From Acidobacteriota bacterium (GTDB lineage: Bacteria; Acidobacteriota; Vicinamibacteria; Vicinamibacterales; SCN-69-37): 63,353 nucleotides of DNA. Both the position numbers and the translations under genes were made by a program. Numbering within the stretch: position 1 is the stretch's first letter; the number at the start of each line of letters is the position of its first letter. The notes under the pieces were generated by a model. The model was not told the origin of the DNA. It was given only the letters and a program-made list of their open reading frames with translations, and did not search any database. Location of the stretch: assembly GCA_013203475.1 (NCBI GenBank), contig JABMNV010000137.1:1-63353 (forward strand), read 5' to 3'. Positions 55,904 through 63,353 of this stretch are shown in pieces.

Positions 55904-58531
55904 TTGGCACGCAGAAGGATTCACTCACTCGTTCTCGGGTTGGCGCTACTCGCGCCGTTTTTGATTCCTGCGGCCGCGGCGCGGCTTGCTGGCGCACCAT
56001 CACCCGAACAGGCATCTCCTCAAGCCCCCGCCGTGGTCGCAATTCGGAACGCGACACTCATTACCGTGACGGGAGGCACCATCAACAACGGCACGATCGT
56101 GCTCCGAGACGGGAAGATCGCGGCGATCGGCAGGAACGCACAGGTCCCGGCTGGCGCCACCATTGTTGATGGCACGGGCACGTTCGTCACGCCCGGACTC
56201 ATCGACGCGCACTCCCATATCGCCAACGACGCCATCAACGAAGGCGCCACGGCCGTCAGCGCGATGACCGACATGGGGCAGGTGCTCGACCCGCGCGATA
56301 TTTCGATTCAGCGGGATCTGGCTGGTGGACTGACCACGGCGAATATTCTGCACGGCAGCGCGAACCCGATTGGTGGACAGTCGGTCACTATCAAGCTCCG
56401 CTGGGGAGCGGAAAAGGGCGAAGACCTGATTTTCGAAGGATCGACGCCGGGCATCAAGTTCGCCCTCGGTGAGAATCCGAAACGTCAGGGCGGAGGCGCC
56501 GGCGGCCTTCAGGGCAATGGCCCGCCACGTTATCCGGGCACGCGTCAGGGTGTGGAGTTCGTCATTCGCGATGCGTTCACGCGCGCCAAGGCCTATCAGA
56601 AGGACTGGACGGCGTACCGGGCCGCGACCACGGCCGGACAAACCATCGTCGCGCCGCGACGCGATCTGCAACTGGACGCACTGGTCGAAGTCCTGGAGGG
56701 CACCCGGTTGGTGCACGTGCACTCCTACCGGGCCGACGAGATTCTGATGATGATCCGGCTCGCCGACGAGATGGGGTTCAAAGTCGCCACATTCCAGCAC
56801 GTGCTGGAGGGCTACAAGGTCGCGAAAGAGATCGCGGCCCATGGGGCTGGAGCCTCGACATTCTCTGACTGGTGGGGCTACAAGATCGAGGCGGAAGACG
56901 CCATCCCTGGCAACGCCGGGCTGATGACGCACAAGGGCGTGAACGTGTCGATTAACTCCGACTCAGCCGAGCACGCACGACGCCTGAACACCGAGGCGGC
57001 CAAGTCTGTGCGCTGGGGTGACGTCAGCGACGACCAGGCCATCTCGATGGTGACGATGAATCCGGCAAAGCAGCTGCGCATCGACGATCGAGTGGGCTCG
57101 CTTGAGGTGGGCAAAGACGCGGACGTTGTGATCTGGAACAACCATCCGCTCAGCACCTTCGCCATCGTCGAGCAGACCTACATCGACGGCAAGAAGTATT
57201 ACGACCGTGTGGAAGACATGGCTCGTGCAGCCAAGGTCGATGAGGACCGCGCGGCGCTCAACGGCGGCCGTGGGGGCCGAGGCGGCGCGGCGAACGCCGC
57301 ACCAACGGTCACCACGAGTCTGTTTGCGATGCAGAGCCAGCCGGGCGAGGTGCTCTATAACGCCGGCGGCGCCGCGTGGGCCATCACGAATGCCCGCATC
57401 CATCCAGTCACCGGCCCGGTCATCCCGAGGGGCACGATCGTCATTCAAGGGAACAAGATTCTCGCGGTCGGCGCCAACGCACGAGTGCCTGCGGGTGCCC
57501 GAGTTGTGGACGTCAAGGGCGGCAACGTCTACCCGGGCTTCATTGACGCGTCGACCGACCTCGGTCTGGCCGAGCCGGGCGCAAGTAACTTTGACGATGT
57601 GGACGAAATTCTGACGTTTAACCAGATGCTGCGCACGCGGGTGGCCTTCCAGTCAGACAGCGATGCGATCGCAGTCGCACGCGTGGAAGGAATCACCTCG
57701 GCGGGCATCTTCCCCGGCGGCGGCATGATCGGCGGCGAAGTACCGCTGATGAACCTGGAAGGCTGGACGTGGGAAGAGAATACGCTGCGTGCCTCGACCG
57801 GCCTGTCGATGTCGATGCCTGGCGGCGGAGGCGGCGGACGAGGCGGTGGTGGCGGCGCGAGCGCGGCGAGTCTGAAGGAGCTTGAGACGATGATGGCGCG
57901 GGCACGGGCGTACGGCAAGAACCCAGACCGCGCGATGAACTGGGACCTTGAGCCGTTCCTGCCGATCATCAATGGCGCGCAGCCATTTTATGTGCAGGCT
58001 GGAAGTGACGCGGCCATCCGTCAGGCCATCACGTGGGCCGACAGTCAGCACGTGAACCTGGTCATTCGGACCAGTCCTGCCGTGGCCGTGACAAGCGCGG
58101 CCGTGCTCGTGGCGGCCAGCGTGCCGGTCATCATCAGCAATGTGCTAACCATGCCCCAGGGAGAGGATACGTTTCACGCGGCCTCGTATCAGGCGGCGGG
58201 TCAACTGGAAAAGGCGGGCGTGACGTTCGCGTTTTCGAGCGGCGGCTACCAGAACGTGCGGCTCGTCCCCTTCCAGGCGGCGATGTCGGTGGCATGGGGA
58301 TTGTCGCCGGAAGGCGCGCTCAAGGCGTTAACCATCGATGCGGCGAAGATTTTTGGCGCCGACAAGATGGTGGGCAGCATTGAGCCCGGAAAAATCGCGA
58401 ATCTGATGGTGGTTAACGGCGATGCGCTGGAGGTCCGGTCGCGCATTCAGCACGTGATTATCGCTGGCAGGGATGTACCGCTGCAAAGTAAGCAGACGGA
58501 ATTGTTTAGCCGTTACATGGGTCGTCAGTAG
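55904..58531 (+). CDS. Exported double-domain amidohydrolase
   Basis: SD ggagg plus TTG. Domain 1: IDAHSH, KFALGENPK, VHSYR, HVLEG, INSD. Domain 2: PGFIDAST without His ligands. Confidence 0.88.
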   Translation: MARRRIHSLVLGLALLAPFLIPAAAARLAGAPSPEQASPQAPAVVAIRNATLITVTGGTINNGTIVLRDGKIAAIGRNAQVPAGATIVDGTGTFVTPGLIDAHSHIANDAINEGATAVSAMTDMGQVLDPRDISIQRDLAGGLTTANILHGSANPIGGQSVTIKLRWGAEKGEDLIFEGSTPGIKFALGENPKRQGGGAGGLQGNGPPRYPGTRQGVEFVIRDAFTRAKAYQKDWTAYRAATTAGQTIVAPRRDLQLDALVEVLEGTRLVHVHSYRADEILMMIRLADEMGFKVATFQHVLEGYKVAKEIAAHGAGASTFSDWWGYKIEAEDAIPGNAGLMTHKGVNVSINSDSAEHARRLNTEAAKSVRWGDVSDDQAISMVTMNPAKQLRIDDRVGSLEVGKDADVVIWNNHPLSTFAIVEQTYIDGKKYYDRVEDMARAAKVDEDRAALNGGRGGRGGAANAAPTVTTSLFAMQSQPGEVLYNAGGAAWAITNARIHPVTGPVIPRGTIVIQGNKILAVGANARVPAGARVVDVKGGNVYPGFIDASTDLGLAEPGASNFDDVDEILTFNQMLRTRVAFQSDSDAIAVARVEGITSAGIFPGGGMIGGEVPLMNLEGWTWEENTLRASTGLSMSMPGGGGGGRGGGGGASAASLKELETMMARARAYGKNPDRAMNWDLEPFLPIINGAQPFYVQAGSDAAIRQAITWADSQHVNLVIRTSPAVAVTSAAVLVAASVPVIISNVLTMPQGEDTFHAASYQAAGQLEKAGVTFAFSSGGYQNVRLVPFQAAMSVAWGLSPEGALKALTIDAAKIFGADKMVGSIEPGKIANLMVVNGDALEVRSRIQHVIIAGRDVPLQSKQTELFSRYMGRQ

Positions 58532-58544
58532 GAGGATTAGAAAA

Positions 58545-59978
58545 GTGCGAAACCTGAAAACACTGTTCGCTCAGGGCGCCGCGATCCTCATCGCGATGCT
58601 CTCGTTTTCCCTCACCGGTGATGCCGCGCAAACGGGCCTCACCTACGCCATCAAGGATGCCAAGATTGTCACCGTCTCTGGCACGACTATCGAGAAGGGC
58701 ACCATCCTGATTCAGGGTGGCATCATCACGGCGGTGGGCGCGACCGTCGCTGTTCCCGTGGATGCGGTCGTCACTGACGGCACGGGGATGACCGTGTACC
58801 CCGGGCTGATCGACATGGCCAACACGGACCCGGTGGACCCGGGCGACACGCCGGCCCCTGCAGCCGGCCGTGGTGGTGGCGGTCGTGGCGGTGGCGGCGG
58901 GCAGACCTTCGCCACACTTGAGGAGGCCGACCGCGTGAAGCGAACGGCGCTGCTTCGCCCCGATTACATGGCGTCAGGCAATCTGATTGACGGCAGCGAG
59001 CAACTCACCGCGTTGGCCAGCGCGGGCGTCACGACGGTGCTGGCGGTGCCGGCAACGGGAATTTTCAAGGGCCAGAGTGCGTTGGTGAACGTGGCCGTAC
59101 CACCTGACGATCCGCAGATCAGTGCGCCCGGCACGTACCGGAAGGGTCTGGCGGTCGTCAAGTCGCCGGTCGCTCAGCACATCAATATCTACGGACGCGG
59201 CGGCGGACCTGGCTTCCCGAACTCGCTGCTGGGCGTCATCGCGTTCACGCGACAGGCGCTGCTCGATGCGCAGTGGCAGCGGGACGCGACGGCGATCTAC
59301 CAGAAGATCGACGGTCGAGGGCCGCGCCCCCTGGTGGAACCGGCGCTCGACTCGCTGCAGCCGGCGATGGCCAAAGCGCTGCCGGTCATCTTCGATGCCA
59401 ACGAAGGCCGCGAGATCGATCGCTCATTGCTGATGGCGAGCGACTTTGGTCTTGACCCGATCATTGTTGGGGGCGCGGAGGCTGGCGACCGGATTGCTGA
59501 ACTGCAGGCCGCCAAGGCTCGGGTGCTCCTGACGATCAATTTTAGCGACGGGGCGGCGGCCGGTGGTCGCGGTGGCGGTGGCGGACGAGGCGGCGGCGGA
59601 AACCCATCACTGCGCCAGTTGCGTCAGCAGGCGAACGCACCGAAGGTGGCGGCGATGCTGGCACAAGCGGGTGTGCCGTTTGCCTTCACATCGGGAGGTT
59701 CCACGGGGGCCGAGTTCGTCCGCAACGCAGGACGCACCGTCTCGGAGGGGGGGTTGACGGCCGAGGCGGCGCTCAAAGCCCTGACGATTGACGCGGCGCG
59801 AATCGCCGGCGCTGACGACCGTCTCGGGTCGATCGAGGTCGGGAAGATCGCCAATGTGATTGTCACCAGCGGCGACTTGTTTGATGCCGCCACGCGCGTG
59901 CGGCACGTCTTCATTGACGGCGTGCCGGTTGAACTGGCGGCGCCGGCGGCCGCCGGCAACGGTCGCGGAGGACGCTAG
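58545..59978 (+). CDS. Exported amidohydrolase-fold protein lacking metal ligands
   Basis: SD aggagg plus GTG; YPGLIDMAN, GVTTVL, GSIEVGKIAN. Confidence 0.85.
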   Translation: MRNLKTLFAQGAAILIAMLSFSLTGDAAQTGLTYAIKDAKIVTVSGTTIEKGTILIQGGIITAVGATVAVPVDAVVTDGTGMTVYPGLIDMANTDPVDPGDTPAPAAGRGGGGRGGGGGQTFATLEEADRVKRTALLRPDYMASGNLIDGSEQLTALASAGVTTVLAVPATGIFKGQSALVNVAVPPDDPQISAPGTYRKGLAVVKSPVAQHINIYGRGGGPGFPNSLLGVIAFTRQALLDAQWQRDATAIYQKIDGRGPRPLVEPALDSLQPAMAKALPVIFDANEGREIDRSLLMASDFGLDPIIVGGAEAGDRIAELQAAKARVLLTINFSDGAAAGGRGGGGGRGGGGNPSLRQLRQQANAPKVAAMLAQAGVPFAFTSGGSTGAEFVRNAGRTVSEGGLTAEAALKALTIDAARIAGADDRLGSIEVGKIANVIVTSGDLFDAATRVRHVFIDGVPVELAAPAAAGNGRGGR

Positions 59979-60018
59979 AGGGGTGCTGGGTGCTGAGTGT
60001 CATCGGGCCTGCGGTTTA

Positions 60019-60331
60019 CAACCGGCTGGTCTCGGCAGAATCGTCGAATCAGTCCCTGCGGGATGACTTCTGGGCGTACACCCACACGGACGAAAACAGT
60101 GACCGTGTTGGTGAGTTCGCCATCGGCACGAACATCCAGTTGCGTGAAGTGACCGGTCACATTCTGCAGGACGAGAAGCTTCCAGGCATCCACATCGCCT
60201 TCGGCAATCCGTACGGCGCCCACACGGGAGCCGACTGGTATTCGTCCACCCATATCGACGTCGTCGGCGCGCACTTCGACATCTGGATGGATGACGACAA
60301 AATCATGGAACACGGTCAGTTCTTGATCTGA
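60019..60331 (+). pseudogene. C-terminal fragment of an M29-type (thermophilic metalloprotease) aminopeptidase
   Basis: GEFAIGTN, LQDEK.PGIHIAFG, THIDVV. The N-terminal two-thirds is absent and there is no plausible start. TGATG coupling to the next gene. Confidence 0.75.
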
Positions 60332-61530
60332 TGCTGGACTGGGCGCGCGCCCAGTTCGACCGAACCTTTTCAGAGGCGCGACACCAGGAGTTTCTCAGCT
60401 CAATGAGCAGGCAGCTCAGCGTGCCGATCGAGTTCCGGCTATCTGAAACCCCGTGCTTCTTTTCGCAATCGCTGATGCAGTCGCTGGTCGATGCTGCACA
60501 AGTGATGACGGAACAGTTGCTGTCCAATCACGCCTACCGGGTCGCCGCCGACGCCATCGTGCCGGAGCAGTTCCGACTGGCGCACGGCGAGACGCTGCCC
60601 ACGTGCGTACAGGTTGACTTCGGGTTGGTACGAACGGCGTCGGGCAAGACTGAAGGACGCCTGGTCGAGCTCCAGGCGTTTCCCTCACTCTACGGATTTC
60701 AAATGGTGCTGGCCGAGACAGCGCTGGCACACCTCCAGGGCCCAGAGACCGGCGTCAACCGGCTCACGCCGTATCTCGATGGCCTCGACCATGAGTCGTA
60801 CGTGGCGTTGATGCGTCGTGTGCTTGTGGGCGAACACGATCCTGCCCATGTCGTGCTGCTGGAGGTCGTTCCGGAGCGACAAAAGACGCGGCCAGACTTC
60901 GTGGCGACAGAAGCCACCTGGGGCATTCGCGCCATCGACACGAGTGAAGTTATTCGAGAGGGCCGGCGGCTCTTCTACCGTCGCGATGGCGTGCGCACTC
61001 CGATCGCGCGCATCTACAACCGCGTGATCCCCGACGAACTCGAGCGGTCGGGCGCAACCCTGGCCTTCGACTACCGCGATGATCTTGACGTGCAGTGGAT
61101 CGGCGGCCCCGGCTGGTTCTTCCGCATCAGCAAGTTCTCACTCCCCTGGCTCGATCACCCGTGGGTGCCGGAGACCCGGTTCCTCTCAGACGTGCCTGGA
61201 CTGCCGCCCGATCGTGACCAGTGGATTCTCAAGCCGCTGTTTTCGTTTGCGGGTGGAGGCATTCTCTTTTCGCCGACCGATGACGATGTGGCCGCGATCC
61301 CAATAGATCAGCGGCACCTTTACGTGCTGCAGCGTCGCGTCTCGTTCACGCCGGTCATCAGGACTCCGCACGGCGACACCCAGGCCGAACTGCGCATCAT
61401 GATGGTCCGCGACGCTGGTCGTTATCGCGCGGTGCTGACGCTCGTGCGTATGGGCCGCGGCAAGATGATGGGCGTCGACCACAACAAGGGCCTCGCCTTC
61501 GTCGGGGCGTCGGCTGGACTCGTCGGGTAG
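60331..61530 (+). CDS. ATP-grasp-like ligase (glutathionylspermidine synthase / circularly permuted type)
   Basis: VDFG, LVELQAFPSL, RIYNRVIPDEL, ISK, ILKPLFSFAGGG, YVLQRRV, ELRIM. Confidence 0.65.
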   Translation: MLDWARAQFDRTFSEARHQEFLSSMSRQLSVPIEFRLSETPCFFSQSLMQSLVDAAQVMTEQLLSNHAYRVAADAIVPEQFRLAHGETLPTCVQVDFGLVRTASGKTEGRLVELQAFPSLYGFQMVLAETALAHLQGPETGVNRLTPYLDGLDHESYVALMRRVLVGEHDPAHVVLLEVVPERQKTRPDFVATEATWGIRAIDTSEVIREGRRLFYRRDGVRTPIARIYNRVIPDELERSGATLAFDYRDDLDVQWIGGPGWFFRISKFSLPWLDHPWVPETRFLSDVPGLPPDRDQWILKPLFSFAGGGILFSPTDDDVAAIPIDQRHLYVLQRRVSFTPVIRTPHGDTQAELRIMMVRDAGRYRAVLTLVRMGRGKMMGVDHNKGLAFVGASAGLVG

Positions 61531-61626
61531 GGCGCTCACGCATCCTTTTCCTTCTTCGCACGGTCGTTAACGAATCGAGGATGACGAGGCTCTCAGGAAC
61601 ACGTGCCAGGCCATGGCCCCATGGCC

Positions 61627-63249
61627 TCATTCATGAATGCCCGGCGCCTCATGCCCTGTACTGGCGACGTACTCCAAGTAGGACCCGGGAAACAGGTGGG
61701 GCTCGTCGCCGCTCAGTTCCAACACACGGGTGCTCAGTCCACGCAGGAAGGACCGGTCATGCGAGACAAAAATTATCGTGCCATCGAAGTCTTTCAGCGC
61801 TGCGATCAACATGTCTTTGGTCGCCAGATCGAGATGGTTCGTCGGTTCGTCGAGGACCAACAGGTTCGGCGGATACATCAGCATGCGCGCCAGGACCAAC
61901 CGCGAGCGCTCGCCACCGGAGAGGGATCGAATCTTCTTGTCGACTTCGTCGCCAGAAAACTGAAACGCGCCGAGCAGGCTGCGCAGCGAACCCACCGTTT
62001 CGCCGGGAAAGTCAAAAAGCGCCTGCTCCCAGACCGTTCGATCCGGGTTGAGCAACTGCAACGCCTGCTGAGCGAAGTACCCCATCTGCACGCTGGCCCC
62101 GATGCGCGCCTCACCCGAATCAGGTTTGAGCGCACCGGCGATCATCCGCAACAGCGTGGTCTTGCCGGCGCCGTTGGCCCCCATCACGGCCCAACGTTCA
62201 CCACGCTGAATGGTCATGTTCAGGCCGTCGTACACCACGTGTGAGCCGTACGCCTTGTGCAGGTCTTCGACCATCACGACCTTGTCACCGGATCTTGGCG
62301 GCTGGCGGAAGTCGAATGCCACGACCTTTCGCTTTTTGGGCAATTCGATCTTTTCGATCTTATCCAACGCCTTGACGCGACTCTGCACCTGGGCGGCTTT
62401 GGCGGCATGGGTCGAGAACCGGTCGATGAACCGTTGTTCCTTTGCCAGCATCGACTGCTGCCTGGCGTACGCGGCCTCACGATTGGTCTCGCGAATGGCG
62501 CGCTCGCGTTCATAGAACTCATAGTCGCCGGCGTACACCGTGATTTCGCCATCGTCTATTTCCGCGATGCGCGTCACGATGCGGTTCATGAACTCGCGAT
62601 CGTGCGATGTCATGAATAGCGCGCCTGGCAGCGACTTAAGAAAACCCTCGAGCCAGATAATCGACTCAATATCGAGGTGGTTGGTGGGCTCGTCCATGAG
62701 CAACACGTCGGGCCGTCCGAGCAGCACTCGCGCCATGCCCACTCGCATCTTCCAGCCGCCAGACAAGGCCCCGACATCACCATCGATACGTGCGTCGTCA
62801 AATCCCAGGCCGTGGAGCACCTCGCGGGCCTGGCTTTCAAGTCCGTAGCCGCCGAGATGATCGTATTCCTCCTGGACCTCGCCAAATCGTTCAAGAATGC
62901 GGTCCATGTCGTCGGCACGGCCTGGATCGCCCATCGCCTGCTGGAGTTCTTCCAATTCGTGGTGCAAATCTCCAAGACGACCGCTGCCGGCGATAGCTTC
63001 GTCAAGTACCGATCGGCCCTCCATCTCCTCAACATCCTGGCGAAAGTAGCCGACCGTGAGCTTCTTTGGGACGGTCACATCCCCATCGTCGACTCCTTCT
63101 TCGCCAACAATCATGCGAAACAGGGTGGTCTTTCCTGACCCGTTGGGCCCGACCAACCCGACCTTGTCGCCGGCATTGAGCTGAAAATTGGCGTCGACGA
63201 ACAAGATCTGCCGCCCGTACTGCTTGGAAATGTTGGAGAACGAAATCAC
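61627..63249 (-). CDS. ABC-F family ATPase
   Basis: Two NBDs (GPNGSGKT/LSGGW/DEPTNHLD and GANGAGKT/LSGGE/DEPTNHLD); no TM. Confidence 0.95.
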   Translation of the reverse strand: MISFSNISKQYGRQILFVDANFQLNAGDKVGLVGPNGSGKTTLFRMIVGEEGVDDGDVTVPKKLTVGYFRQDVEEMEGRSVLDEAIAGSGRLGDLHHELEELQQAMGDPGRADDMDRILERFGEVQEEYDHLGGYGLESQAREVLHGLGFDDARIDGDVGALSGGWKMRVGMARVLLGRPDVLLMDEPTNHLDIESIIWLEGFLKSLPGALFMTSHDREFMNRIVTRIAEIDDGEITVYAGDYEFYERERAIRETNREAAYARQQSMLAKEQRFIDRFSTHAAKAAQVQSRVKALDKIEKIELPKKRKVVAFDFRQPPRSGDKVVMVEDLHKAYGSHVVYDGLNMTIQRGERWAVMGANGAGKTTLLRMIAGALKPDSGEARIGASVQMGYFAQQALQLLNPDRTVWEQALFDFPGETVGSLRSLLGAFQFSGDEVDKKIRSLSGGERSRLVLARMLMYPPNLLVLDEPTNHLDLATKDMLIAALKDFDGTIIFVSHDRSFLRGLSTRVLELSGDEPHLFPGSYLEYVASTGHEAPGIHE

Positions 63250-63270
63250 CCCACCATCAAATCACGGATT

Positions 63271-63318
63271 ACCTCCCCACCTCCCCATCTCCCCACCTCC
63301 CCACCTCCCCACCTCACC
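63271..63318. repeat. 8-bp tandem repeat (AYCTCCCC)x~6
   Basis: Same unit as 25923-25968. Confidence 0.9.
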
Positions 63319-63353
63319 AGCTTCTTTGCCCTTTTTCGCGTACCCTGCTACGC

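Noticed and set aside
61531-61626. Small ORF or terminator between convergent genes
   Set aside because: Only a short GC hairpin without a U-tract; no coding support.

Overview
GC-rich chromosomal window with about 55 genes. Gene content (DUF1501 with a planctomycete-type cytochrome c, Tat-exported oxidoreductases, sulfatases, GRGG-rich exported proteins) suggests Acidobacteriota, possibly Vicinamibacteria; this is inference, as no marker gene is present. The left edge holds a gene missing from the ORF track: the 5' third of a DISARM drmD SNF2 helicase (minus strand), cut by the left end of an IS3-family element. Other content: thiO, an aromatic amino-acid decarboxylase plus methyltransferase, a PhoD-like phosphatase, two sulfatases, two vapBC modules, GH127/146, PFOR (nifJ), a probable 3-keto-glycoside cleavage cluster, a divergent arginine cluster (argR-argG'-argH / argCBD-argA-argJ-argF-ppa), tandem amidohydrolases, an ATP-grasp-like protein and an ABC-F ATPase. 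Most notable: (1) an intact, translationally coupled but catalytically degenerate ArgG; (2) about 9-10 genes damaged by different mechanisms, suggesting real genome erosion that includes the PFOR locus and one TA module; (3) a recurrent leaderless-promoter signature; (4) intergenic (GGGGAGRT)n G-quadruplex-type arrays. No tRNA, rRNA or CRISPR was seen. No clearly new multi-gene system is demonstrated. All family assignments are from motif recognition, not database searches.
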